Assembly (NCBI GenBank): GCA_963790205.1 | Contig: CAWBNQ010000001.1 | Span: forward strand, 320,001-384,000 | Length of the DNA: 64,000 bases | Direction: 5' to 3' | Source: Nitrospirota bacterium | GTDB lineage: Bacteria > Nitrospirota > UBA9217 | Part shown: positions 10,396 to 20,046 of the stretch, in pieces | Numbering within the stretch: position 1 is the first letter of the stretch | Layout of the letters: every line of letters begins with the position of its first letter | Program-made: the position numbers and the translations under genes | Notes under the pieces: model-generated | What the model saw: the letters and a program-made list of their open reading frames with translations, nothing else | Databases searched by the model: none | What the model was told of the DNA's origin: nothing

Positions 10396-10776
10396 ATGAA
10401 GATCCTTGTTGTTGACGACGAAGAAGGCGCACGGGAACTTTTTCATACCATACTGACCGATGAAGGCTACGAGGTTTCCCTCGCCAGCAGCGGCGAGGAA
10501 GCGCTCGCCCTGTTCAAGGCCAATGCTTTTCATCTCATCGTTACGGACATAAAGATGCCGGTGATGGACGGCCTGCAACTTTTGCAGGAGATCCGCAAGA
10601 CCGGCTCCAAGACCGACGTGATCATGGTCACCGCCTACGGCGAAGTGGAGAGCTACCTCAAGGCCATGAGCCTGGGCGCGGCGGAGTATATCAACAAGCC
10701 CATTCGCATCAAGGAACTCAAGCGGATCGTGCACAAGGTCCTGACGGAGCAGAAGGCGAGATCGGGTGGCAACTGA
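10396..10776 (+). CDS. Single-domain response regulator
   Basis: ILVVDDE, TDIKMPVMDG, VTAYG, YINKP. Confidence 0.92.
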   Translation: MKILVVDDEEGARELFHTILTDEGYEVSLASSGEEALALFKANAFHLIVTDIKMPVMDGLQLLQEIRKTGSKTDVIMVTAYGEVESYLKAMSLGAAEYINKPIRIKELKRIVHKVLTEQKARSGGN

Positions 10777-11801
10777 TGTCACGACTGCGCAAGGACCCCA
10801 TCGTAGGCCGATGGATCATTATCTCCAACGAACGGTCCAAGAAGCCCCAGGACTATTCTTTTGAAGAACCCATAGACGACGTCACCCCGGCCGAATGCCC
10901 GTTCTGCTCCGGCAACGAAGCAAAGACCCCCCCCGAGATCGCATCGTTCCGCGCCGAGAAGACCCTTCCCAATGCAACAGGCTGGTGGGTGCGCGTCATC
11001 CCGAGCAAGTTTCCGGTCCTCCATATCGAAGGCAGCCTCGAGCGCGAGGGGAGCGGCATCTACGATTGGATGAACGGCATCGGCGCTCATGAGATCATCG
11101 TCGAAAGCCCCGAGCACGCGCTCCGCCTCGAAGACCTGCCCGAGAGCCAGGTCGAGAAGGTCCTGTGGTCCTACCGCGACCGCATTCTCGACCTTGAGCG
11201 CGACAGCCGTCTCCGGTACGTGCTCGTTTTCAAGAACCAGGGCTGGACCGCCGGCTCGGTCCTGAACCATCCGCATTCCCAGATCATCGCCACGCCGGTC
11301 ATCCCCAAGTTCGTGAAGGAAAAGCTCGACGGCGCCAAGTCCTATTACGATTACAAGGAGCGCTGCATCTTCTGCGACATCATCAGGCAGGAGCTCTCGA
11401 GCCAGGAGCGCGTGGTCGAAGAGACGCGCCACTTTCTCGTCATCGTGCCCTATGCCCCCCGCTTTCCCTTCGAGACCTGGATCTACCCCAAGAAGCACCT
11501 CTGCTCCTACGTGGACATCACGAAGGAAGAGATCATGGATTTTGCGCGGACGCTCCGCACCACGCTGAAGCGTCTCAGCAAGGTGCTGAACAACCCGCCC
11601 TACAACTACATGCTCTATACCGCGCCGAACCGCGTGCCGCGCCGGGGCCACTGGCACACCCTGAACGACGACTTCCACTGGCACCTGGAGATCATGCCGC
11701 GGCTCACCCGCGTCGCGGGCTTCGAGTGGGGCTCGGGCTTCTACATCAACCCCACGCCGCCGGAAGAGGCGGCGAAGTATCTGCGGGACGTGAAGCTGTA
11801 A
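10776..11801 (+). CDS. galT: GalT-family nucleotidyltransferase (galactose-1-phosphate uridylyltransferase-like)
   Basis: LRKDPIVGRWIII, CPFC, HPHSQ, AGFEWGSG. Confidence 0.92.
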   Translation: MSRLRKDPIVGRWIIISNERSKKPQDYSFEEPIDDVTPAECPFCSGNEAKTPPEIASFRAEKTLPNATGWWVRVIPSKFPVLHIEGSLEREGSGIYDWMNGIGAHEIIVESPEHALRLEDLPESQVEKVLWSYRDRILDLERDSRLRYVLVFKNQGWTAGSVLNHPHSQIIATPVIPKFVKEKLDGAKSYYDYKERCIFCDIIRQELSSQERVVEETRHFLVIVPYAPRFPFETWIYPKKHLCSYVDITKEEIMDFARTLRTTLKRLSKVLNNPPYNYMLYTAPNRVPRRGHWHTLNDDFHWHLEIMPRLTRVAGFEWGSGFYINPTPPEEAAKYLRDVKL

Positions 11802-11878
11802 ACCCCGGCGCCCTATCGAGCTAACTCCCCTGCGTCACTGCCAGCTTATCTGATAATGATTGTCCGTTTAGGTTTCCG

Positions 11879-12215
11879 CCGCAAAGGGCCGCCGCGAATA
11901 TGTTTACCGCAAGCGCTGAAATGAAAAACCCCGACATCCATCCCTGAAAACAGCACTGTCATCCGCAACGATATCCTATTGCCCAAAGGCCCCTTTTCCT
12001 GTATAGTCCTATTCGAAAGGGGCTTGCGGATTTGTCCGGACTTGCCGCTTTTCATCCGAACAATCCTCGAAACAGGCACCACGCCCCGAATCAAGCCGTC
12101 TGTATAGCCCGACTTTAAAGAGAAAATCATTTGAAACCCCATAGGCTGCGGCGCTCAACAGCTTAGTCCAACCAGCTTCTTTCTGGTAATGCGCACAGAA
12201 AGAGGCCTGAACATT
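11879..12215 (+). mobile_element. Orphan right-end remnant of the recombinase/IS91-like element
   Basis: Colinear diverged copy of 14593-14924, including last transposase codons (KGPPRI), GCTTAGTCCAAC end motif and the GCTTCTTTCTG...CAGAAAGAGGC hairpin. Confidence 0.85.
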
Positions 12216-12543
12216 ATTTTAGAATTTCCGTGAGATATGCGCTTGCGAACATAACAAAAATAATGCAAGCAATTCCCTAGCGGGCATGTATTTTGCTAAA
12301 CTCTATAATTCCGGAAATCCAGAATTATAGAGGGGGCTACACAATTCCTTGTTGAACTAAGCCGCTGCGCGGCGGTGTTATTCGCATTCCAATAAGTCTC
12401 TCTACAATTCATCCCCGCATATCTCGATAGATTTTCTTCGTCTCGCTCCTTGCTTCATAATCCTGACCGTTCTACAATCTTCTTTCGCATCACCATCGGC
12501 GTCATGCCGTTGGAATTTCGATTCAACGGAAGGAGATTATGCA

Positions 12544-13401
12544 ATGGAAACGTTCAAAGAACAGATGCAGGGCGACATGGTGCTTCGAGGATTAGCCCCG
12601 AAGACGCAATCATTGTATCACCGGGCGGCGCGCGATATGGAACGCCATTTTAAAAAACCGCCCGACCTTTTGGAAGACGGCGATGTCAAAGCGTATCTGC
12701 TTTACCTCGTCCGGGATAAGAAGGTATCGCTATCCACCCTGAAGATAACTTACAGCGCGCTGCGGTTCCTCTATGAAACGACGCTGGGCAAAGGTTGGGT
12801 GATGGACAAGATTCCCTATCCGAAGACGACCAAGACACTTCCTATCGTTCTCGAACGGGAGGAGGTACAGGCCATGTTCGAAGCCACTCCCAGCCTGAAG
12901 CAGCGCGTGATGCTGATGGTGACCTACTCGGCAGGGCTCCGGGCGAGCGAGACCGCCCGGCTCAAGATCACGGACATCGACAGCAGCCGTATGCTGATAC
13001 GCGTGGACCAGGGCAAAGGCAAAAAAGACCGGTATACCCTTTTATCCCAGGTAGCGCTGGAAGCGCTTCGGGAATACTGGAAAGAATATAGACCGACGCA
13101 TTGGCTCTTTCCGGGAGAAAAGCCTGAAAACTACATTTCCATTAGCACCGTCCAAGAGGCGTTCAAACGCGCGAAGAAAAAAGCCGGCATCACGAAGCCG
13201 GCAAGTTGTCACACGCTTCGGCATAGCTTCGCCACACACCTGCTGGAGTCGGGAGCTGATCTGCACTATATTCAGCTTCTGCTCGGCCATGCGTCGGTGA
13301 GAACGACCACTATTTATCTCCACGTGAGCAAAAAGAACCTCTCAAAGATCGTGAGCCCTCTGGACTTAGGCCCCTTCTTAAATCCTCCACAAACCTCGTA
13401 G
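12544..13401 (+). CDS. Tyrosine recombinase (XerD/IntI-related, no IntI-specific insertion)
   Basis: GLRASE, GKGKKDR, HTLRHSFATH, LGH, TTTIY catalytic set; N-terminal SAM-like domain. Confidence 0.93.
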   Translation: METFKEQMQGDMVLRGLAPKTQSLYHRAARDMERHFKKPPDLLEDGDVKAYLLYLVRDKKVSLSTLKITYSALRFLYETTLGKGWVMDKIPYPKTTKTLPIVLEREEVQAMFEATPSLKQRVMLMVTYSAGLRASETARLKITDIDSSRMLIRVDQGKGKKDRYTLLSQVALEALREYWKEYRPTHWLFPGEKPENYISISTVQEAFKRAKKKAGITKPASCHTLRHSFATHLLESGADLHYIQLLLGHASVRTTTIYLHVSKKNLSKIVSPLDLGPFLNPPQTS

Positions 13402-13422
13402 CCTGCACACGCGACACCCGCG

Positions 13423-14616
13423 GTGTACACGCGAGATAGCCTACAGATCGAAGTCGCGGACATCTTTCGCCGGTACGGTCCTCTTTACCGGAACGCTCAT
13501 CCCATGCCCTTGAATCGTCTTCGCGCCATGCGGGCGATCGAGACCTGCCGCACCGCCGACCAAGGCGGTCACGTGGACGAATGCGAGCACTGCGGGACAA
13601 AAGTGATCTCGTACAACTCCTGCAGAAACCGGCATTGCCCCAAGTGCCAGTTCCTTAAAAAAGAGCAGTGGATCGAGGCCCGGGAAGAAGACCTGCTTCC
13701 CATTCCTTACTTCCATGTCGTTTTTACCATCCCCGATAAACTCAATCCCCTTGTGCTCCGGAACCAGGAGGCCCTCTACGGGATCCTGTTCAAGGCCGTT
13801 TCGGAAACCCTGACGGAACTCTCGAATACGCAGAAACACTTGGGCGCGGAAATCGGTTTTATCTCGATCCTGCACACCTGGGGACAGAACCTTATGGATC
13901 ATCCGCATCTCCACAACATCGTCACCGGCGGCGGATTGTCCAAGGGCGGACGGAAATGGAAATCATGCAAGAATGGCTTTTTCCTTCCCGTCAAGGTCAT
14001 GTCGAAACTCTTTCGGGGGAAGTTTCTCGCTTATCTGAAAAAACTCCGTGCCGAGAACAAACTTGTCTACCCCGGCGTCGTAAGCCATCTTGCGTCGCCG
14101 GGAGTTTTCAAGGCCTTCATCGCCGATTTGTACAAGAAGCAGTGGGTCGTCTATTGTAAGCCGCCGTTCGACGGAACAAAAGGCGTTCTTGAGTATCTCG
14201 GCAGATACACCCACCGTATCGCGATCAGCAATCACCGGCTCGTGAAGATGATGGACGACAAGATCTCCTTCCGGTGGCGCGACTACGCGGACAGCAACAA
14301 AAGCAAGATCATGACCGTGGACGCCGATGAGTTCATCCGGCGGTTCCTGCTTCATGTCCTGCCCGACCGGTTTGTCAAAATCAGGCATTACGGTCTGTTG
14401 GGAAACAGATGCCGCAGAAAGAAACTCGACCAATGCAGAGAGCTTCTGGCCTGCGTTGATCAGAACGAGGCGGAGCAGAAGACTGAGACGTGGCAGGAAG
14501 CTTTGCTCAGGATCGCCGGCATTGACGTGGCCAAATGCCCTGCCTGCGGCGAACGCAGAATGCGCACAATCGAGATCATGCAGCCCGCGCGCTGCAAAGG
14601 ACCGCCGCGAATATGA
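13423..14616 (+). CDS. IS91-family rolling-circle (Y2 HUH) transposase with zinc-binding domain
   Basis: YNSCRNRHCPKC, HTWGQNLMDHPHLH (HUH), YLGRY, IRHYGLL, CPACG. Confidence 0.94.
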   Translation: MYTRDSLQIEVADIFRRYGPLYRNAHPMPLNRLRAMRAIETCRTADQGGHVDECEHCGTKVISYNSCRNRHCPKCQFLKKEQWIEAREEDLLPIPYFHVVFTIPDKLNPLVLRNQEALYGILFKAVSETLTELSNTQKHLGAEIGFISILHTWGQNLMDHPHLHNIVTGGGLSKGGRKWKSCKNGFFLPVKVMSKLFRGKFLAYLKKLRAENKLVYPGVVSHLASPGVFKAFIADLYKKQWVVYCKPPFDGTKGVLEYLGRYTHRIAISNHRLVKMMDDKISFRWRDYADSNKSKIMTVDADEFIRRFLLHVLPDRFVKIRHYGLLGNRCRRKKLDQCRELLACVDQNEAEQKTETWQEALLRIAGIDVAKCPACGERRMRTIEIMQPARCKGPPRI

Positions 14617-15113
14617 TTACCACAAGCACTGAAATGAACAACCCGACTCCGACATCCATCCCCGAAAAAAGTCACGTCTTTCGCAACGATACCCTATTGC
14701 CCAAAAGCCCTTTTTCCTGTATAGTCTTTTACGAAAGGGGCTTGCGGAGCAGTCCGGAATCGCCGCTTTTCACCCGAACAAGTCTCACGCCCCTGCCAAT
14801 GCTGTCTCCGCGGACTTCGTTTTAAGCTGACAAATCATTTGAAATCCCATAGCGACGTGGCGCGCAACGGCTTAGTCCAACCAGCTTCTTTCTGAATAAA
14901 GCGTTCAGAAAGAAGCCTTAACATTGGCTCCGGGATAAATCAACTCACCGCCAACCAGCAGTACAAGCTGACAATGACCGCTTAACTTCCAGAGGGAGGA
15001 GCGTGAGAATTACATATATGTTAATCTCGGCTTCTTCAGATTAGACAATCATAGTATTGCTCATGAGACAGTTTAAATATCCGGTGATTTGATTCACCCA
15101 GGAATGATGAAAA

Positions 15114-15377
15114 ATGAAATTATTTTTAGCGATAATTTTAATAGCCCTACTAGCTATTGGCGTAATCTTAGTTTCTCGTTGGATGTTTAGAGGAATCAAG
15201 TCAGAGAAAATCAGATTGTTCTTAATCATGTTTATGGGCTTCGCGATATTTTTTAAGGTCGGCATCATTTTAAGTTACTTTATTAGATCTCCTCACGTTT
15301 TAATTGCATTACCAATAGTTACCGGCAGTACAGGTGCCCTAATAGCATTCATTTCGTATAAATATCAGTCAAAATGA
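15114..15377 (+). CDS. Small AT-rich membrane protein, putative gene cassette
   Basis: Three hydrophobic segments; much lower GC than flanks; stop 6 nt before an attC-like site. Confidence 0.6.
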   Translation: MKLFLAIILIALLAIGVILVSRWMFRGIKSEKIRLFLIMFMGFAIFFKVGIILSYFIRSPHVLIALPIVTGSTGALIAFISYKYQSK

Positions 15378-15383
15378 AAATGC

Positions 15384-15442
15384 TTCCAACATGCGCATCC
15401 ACAGCGACGCGCCAAAGGCGGCGCGTGACGCGCGCGTTCAAT
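15384..15442 (+). other. attC-like recombination site
   Basis: TTCCAAC...GTTCAAT, 59 bp, imperfect palindrome ATGCGCATCCACAGCGACGCGCC-AAA-GGCGGCGCGTGACGCGCGC with unpaired bases. Confidence 0.75.
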
Positions 15443-15479
15443 GTCTTTTGGAACTCTTGATATCGGAAGGTACACAGAG

Positions 15480-16109
15480 ATGGGAATAACAATATACGCG
15501 TCGGGGAAAATTAACAGCATAGACGACATTCCGCGTTTGATCGACGACCTGAAAGGGGCCTCCGAGGAATGCGATTGGAAATATCACATCATAAATGACG
15601 ACTTTGCCGTGCAGCCGAACGCGGCATTGGCTCCGTACAATGCGAGCGATCGTGCGATCACGATAGAAGGGTCCCTCGGGTTGAAAGGGATCATTTTGAA
15701 CGTGGATCCGAAAGCGGAGCCGTTCGCCGTCTTGTTCGATTGCAACGGAGTGCTGACGGACATGATGCAGCAGCTGTCCTGGATCAACGACAATGAGCAG
15801 GGAGAACGTTTTACCTCTTGCAAGATGCAGTTTGCGGACATCGACGCTCACATCCACATTGTTGAACTCCTGGACAGTCTCAAGAAGAAATATATTTCAG
15901 ACCTCTTCGTGAGCGATGAAGGCGCATATTGGGAGAGTCGCGAACGCAGGCTGTTGGCGGAAAAACGGGTCGCCCTGGGGCACTACCTGCGCCATGCCGA
16001 AAAGGTGATCGGCAGCATCGAGGTTTCAAGCGCCGCCGCTCGTGACGCCGAAAGTATTGCCGCGCGGATCGAGGAGGCGTTGCTGAAATCGGAGAAGGAA
16101 GACGGATAA
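15480..16109 (+). CDS. Hypothetical protein following attC
   Basis: Long ORF starting MGITIYASG; no family confidently recognised. Confidence 0.7.
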   Translation: MGITIYASGKINSIDDIPRLIDDLKGASEECDWKYHIINDDFAVQPNAALAPYNASDRAITIEGSLGLKGIILNVDPKAEPFAVLFDCNGVLTDMMQQLSWINDNEQGERFTSCKMQFADIDAHIHIVELLDSLKKKYISDLFVSDEGAYWESRERRLLAEKRVALGHYLRHAEKVIGSIEVSSAAARDAESIAARIEEALLKSEKEDG

Positions 16110-16125
16110 TACCTTTCGCAGCGTC

Positions 16126-16356
16126 TCATAGACCGGCCTGATAGGACAGGACGTCTTCCGCTTCCTTGTTGAGCTTTGCCGATTTTTTGTTGAGGATTTC
16201 AAGGTCGGCGAGGTCGCGTTTTCTGTGAACCCTGCGTTCGATATACTCCCTGACGGCTTTTTCAATAAATTGCGACGTGTACATTTTGCCGCCGAAATCC
16301 TCGTTGATGTTCTTCATCAACTTTGAGTCGAGCGTTATGGAAATCTTAATTTTCAT
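16126..16356 (-). CDS. Ribbon-helix-helix (CopG-like) antitoxin-type protein
   Basis: KIKISITLD beta strand and SQFIEKAVREYI helix; palindrome TAGTAT-GAAT-ATACTA at its 5' end. Confidence 0.72.
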   Translation of the reverse strand: MKIKISITLDSKLMKNINEDFGGKMYTSQFIEKAVREYIERRVHRKRDLADLEILNKKSAKLNKEAEDVLSYQAGL

Positions 16357-16424
16357 AGTATGAATATACTACCCAATATCTACCGTATCAAGCATTCCTT
16401 GGCAGTGTTTCTCTCCCACCTTTG

Positions 16425-18363
16425 CTACTTCGACTGCGCCCTCGTATAGTTCAACATCCCGCCTGCAAGCAGGATATCCCGCTGCCTCGCGCTGAGCGAG
16501 GACTTGAGCGTAATATTCTTGCCACCCGAGGTCTTCAATACGAAGTCCGCGCCCTTCGCAAGGACTGCCTTGATGTCCCTGATCTCGACCTTATCGTTCG
16601 CGCCAACTGCATCATAGTCCGCCTCGTTCGCAAAGGTGAGCGGCAGGATGCCGAAGTTGATGAGGTTGGCAGCGTGGATGCGCTCGAAGGATTTGGCGAT
16701 AACGGCCTTGACTCCCAGATACATGGGGCAGATGGCTGCGTGCTCCCGGCTTGATCCCTGGCCGTAGCTTGCTCCGGCGATGACGATATTGTGGATTCCC
16801 GCCTTTTTGTTCTCAAGCGCCTTCTTCGAGAACGCCGCGTCAACGCCCTCGAATACGAACTCGGCGTACTTCGGGAATGTTCGACCGGTATTTCAACCGT
16901 GATCCGGCCGGCATGATATGGTCGGTGGTGATCTTATCGCCGACCTTGATCGCGACCATGCCTTTGATCGTTTCCCGAAGCGGCTCGGCAGCGGGTGGGT
17001 CGCCGATGTTCGGGCCGCGGTAGACCGTGACGGAAAGCGGGTCTTTCGACGGCGGCAAAATCATGCTGTCGTCGATCCAGAACTGGTCCGTTATTGCAAC
17101 GCTCGGATAGGGAATGCCGAGGTCGCGGGGGTCGGTGATCCCGCCGGTGAGGGCAGCGGCCACGGCGCTTTCAGGGCTCGCGAGATAGACTTTCGCGCTT
17201 TTTGTGCCTGAACGTCCCTCGAAATTCCGGTTGCTCGTCCTGATCGAGACGGCGTCGGTCTTCGGGGCCTGGCCGGCGCCGATGCAGAAACCGCAGGTAG
17301 CTTCGAGCACCCGCGCGCCGGAGGAGATGATGTCGGCCAGCGCGCCGTTTTTGGCGATCATCTCGAGGACCTGGCGCGAGCCGGGGGCCACGCCGAAGCT
17401 TACGTTCGGGAAAACCCTTCTGCCTTTGAGCATCGAGGCCACGATCATCAGATCGCGATACGATGAATTCGTGCAGGAGCCGACCATGACCTGGTCGACC
17501 TGTGTGCCGGCAAGCTCCTTCACCGTCCCGATATTGTCCGGAGAATGCGGCTTGGCCATGAGCGGTTCGACCTTGCCGAGGTCGAGCTCGATTACCCGGT
17601 CGTACTTCGCATCGGGATCGGCCAAAAGCTCAGTCCACTCGGCGTCTCTGCGCTGGGCTTTCAGAAACGCTCGTGTTACCTCATCGCTCGGGAAGATCGA
17701 CGTGGTGACGCCGAGTTCGGCGCCCATATTGGTGATCGTTGCGCGCTCGGGCACGGTAAGCGACTTCACCCCTTCGCCCCCGTATTCGATCACGCTTCCC
17801 ACGTTGCCTTTGGTCGTGAGCATTCGGAGGATCGTGAGAATGACGTCCTTGGCCGAAACCCACGGCTGAAGCCTGCCGATCAGATTCACCTTGACGACCC
17901 GGGGACAGGTAAGATAGAAGGGCCCGCCGCCCATTGCCACTGCCACATCGAGACCGCCCGCGCCGATGGCGATCATGCCGATGCCTCCACCGGTGGGCGT
18001 ATGAGAATCGGAGCCCAAAAGCGTCCCGCCCGGCCGTCCGAAGCGCTCGAGATGGACCTGATGGCAGATGCCGTTTCCCGCCTTCGAATAGTAGATGCCG
18101 TAGCGCGACGCCACGGTCTGTAGATAGCGGTGGTCGTCGGCGTTCTCGAATCCGTCCTGAAGCGTGTTGTGGTCCACGTAGCTCACCGAGAGCTCCGTCT
18201 TGGCCCGCGGAACGCCCATGGCCTCGAATTGAAGATACGTCATGGTGCCGGTCGCGTCCTGGGTCAGCGTCTGGTCGACCCTGATCGCAATCTCAGTCCC
18301 GGCTTCGAGCCTGCCTTCGGCCAGATGGGCTTCCAGAATTTTGTAAACGAGGTTCTTTCCCAT
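16425..18363 (-). CDS. Aconitate hydratase (putative), split by a 1-nt frameshift near 16874
   Basis: DQTLTQDATGT, GICHQ, GSDSHT, GSCTNSS, CGFCIG, TDHIMP; continues in another frame as KYAEFVF...GQGSSREHAA...AKSFERIH. Confidence 0.9.
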
Positions 18364-18561
18364 GCGGAGACTCCTTCGTAAGATGAAACGTCCGCGACAT
18401 TATATTTCAAGAGCAGGGATAAGGCAACTGGAAATTGCTTCACCGCGTCCGTCTTGACACGAGCCGCCCTGCAAAGATAAAAAAAATGTGCTATAGTAAT
18501 TCCATGTGACTTCGGCAGCTACAACCATTTCCCATCTTAGACAGGGCAAAGGAGGCGCAGC

Positions 18562-18987
18562 ATGGTACAGAAAGCGAGTCCCAAACTCACGGAGCTCTTA
18601 AACAAGGCAATAGCAGGGGAACTGCAGGCAATCGTTCAGTATATGTGGCATCATGTCATGGTGAAGGGCATGAACGCCGGATCCCTTTCCGGTGTATTCG
18701 ACAAGGTAGCCATGGACGAGATGAAGCATGCCGAAAAGATCGCCGAGAGGCTGTTCTATTTCGACGTGAACCCCACGACCAAGCCGAACCCGATCGCAAC
18801 GGGCGGCGACCCCACCCAGATGCTCAAGGCCGACACCACGGCAGAGGAAGAGGCGATCGCTCTGTATAAGGACATCATCAAACAGGCCGCTTCGGAGGGC
18901 GATGAGACCACGCGGCTCCTTTTTGAGGAGATCCTTTCCGAGGAAGAAGGCCACCACGATACGTTTACCACGCTTTTGGGACAGTAA
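18562..18987 (+). CDS. bfr: Bacterioferritin/ferritin-like diiron protein
   Basis: ELQAIVQY, DEMKHAE, EEEAIALY, EEEGHHD. Confidence 0.85.
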   Translation: MVQKASPKLTELLNKAIAGELQAIVQYMWHHVMVKGMNAGSLSGVFDKVAMDEMKHAEKIAERLFYFDVNPTTKPNPIATGGDPTQMLKADTTAEEEAIALYKDIIKQAASEGDETTRLLFEEILSEEEGHHDTFTTLLGQ

Positions 18988-18988
18988 A

Positions 18989-19028
18989 ACGTCGAATGGG
19001 GCCGGAAGCGTCCGGCCCCATTCGACGT
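18989..19028. terminator. Perfect 18-bp stem hairpin after bfr
   Basis: ACGTCGAATGGGGCCGGA-AGCG-TCCGGCCCCATTCGACGT between convergent genes; no clear U tract. Confidence 0.65.
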
Positions 19029-19029
19029 A

Positions 19030-19215
19030 AGCACCAAATCTCAAGCATCAAATCCCAAATAAATTTCAAGCCACCAAAAAACAAATTCCAAACGATTGTC
19101 GAATTCCAGGTAACCGTATTCCCGCGGTGCTGATACGAACCTTCATTTGCTGCAGGGAACTTCAATTGAAATTTAGACTTTATTTGGGATTTGCGATTTG
19201 TTATGTGGAATTTGC
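19030..19215. repeat. Second heptamer-type palindromic element with a ~65-bp dispersed repeat in its centre
   Basis: CAAATCCCAAATAA 19049-19062 / TTATTTGGGATTTG 19180-19193; inner 19101-19166 resembles 19842-19910. Confidence 0.8.
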
Positions 19216-19222
19216 CCGCATC

Positions 19223-19684
19223 CTATGGCATCTTGAATTCCTTGCCAACGATACGCACCGTGAGCACGGGGCACGGGGCCTTGCGCACGACCTTTTCCGC
19301 AGTGCTGCCGAAGAGCATATGGTCAATACCGGTCCTGCCGTGAGTGCCGATGACGATCAAATCCGTGTCCTTCTCCTTGGCTGTCTTGATGATCTCCACA
19401 AAGGGCACGCCGCGAACGACCAGCTTTTCGACCTCTTTGACTTTTGACGAGACCTCAGTGGCCCACTTGTCCATTTCCTTCCCCGCGCTTTTTTGCATGT
19501 CCTCAACGAGATCGGTCACCGAGAGCGATGAAGGGATGTACCATTCCGCGATACTGATGTCCTGGATGACATAGAGGAGGATGAGTTTGGCCTTGTAGTC
19601 GCGAGCTAAAGAAACGGCATGGTCCATCGCCGCCCGGGCGCCGTTGGAAAAGTCCGTCGGGAACAGAATGGTTTTGATCTGCAT
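19223..19684 (-). CDS. Universal stress protein
   Basis: [36 protein letters not shown]. Confidence 0.95.
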   Translation of the reverse strand: MQIKTILFPTDFSNGARAAMDHAVSLARDYKAKLILLYVIQDISIAEWYIPSSLSVTDLVEDMQKSAGKEMDKWATEVSSKVKEVEKLVVRGVPFVEIIKTAKEKDTDLIVIGTHGRTGIDHMLFGSTAEKVVRKAPCPVLTVRIVGKEFKMP

Positions 19685-19841
19685 GGAAGCCTCCTCGCCC
19701 CTGCTGTCTGTGCTAAGTTCTAAGTTTAGCTCCTGTCCGGCGCGCTGTCAAACGAAATAAGCATGACCGAACGCCCGCTCGTCACCCTACACAGTGTAAT
19801 GGTCCTGCCGCATATCTGCGCGGTGCATTGCGATGATACGT

Positions 19842-19910
19842 GAATTCCGGAGTGAGCGCATTCCCCGCGGATGCCTATACGAACCTTTATCCGATGCAGG
19901 AAGCTGCAAT
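19842..19910 (+). repeat. Dispersed ~65-bp repeat
   Basis: GTGAGCGCATTCCCCGCGGATGCCTATACGAACCTT core, near-identical to reverse complement at 31926-31973. Confidence 0.8.
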
Positions 19911-20046
19911 ATTTGCTTGACTGGCAGGCGATGCCTCCCTACAATGGAAGCATCGGTTTTGGGAGCGCTGAATGCGCAGCCCGCCATGCGCGAGCAGTCC
20001 TGTTGTTGCATAACCGTGCAACCACAGGGCGCCAAAGGATCAAGAA

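Larger units (their letters stand above)
12301..14924 (+). mobile_element. Tyrosine recombinase + IS91-family Y2 transposase element
   Basis: Two-gene unit; 21-bp inverted repeats 12351-12371 and 14861-14881 (2 mismatches); hairpins outside each repeat; exact ends uncertain. Confidence 0.82.

Noticed and set aside
12544..13401. Integron integrase IntI
   Set aside because: Lacks the IntI-specific insertion before the HxLRH box and is paired with an IS91-type transposase
16860..16885. Programmed ribosomal frameshifting in aconitase, comM or the MCP
   Set aside because: No slippery site or stimulatory structure; single-base indels explain each case
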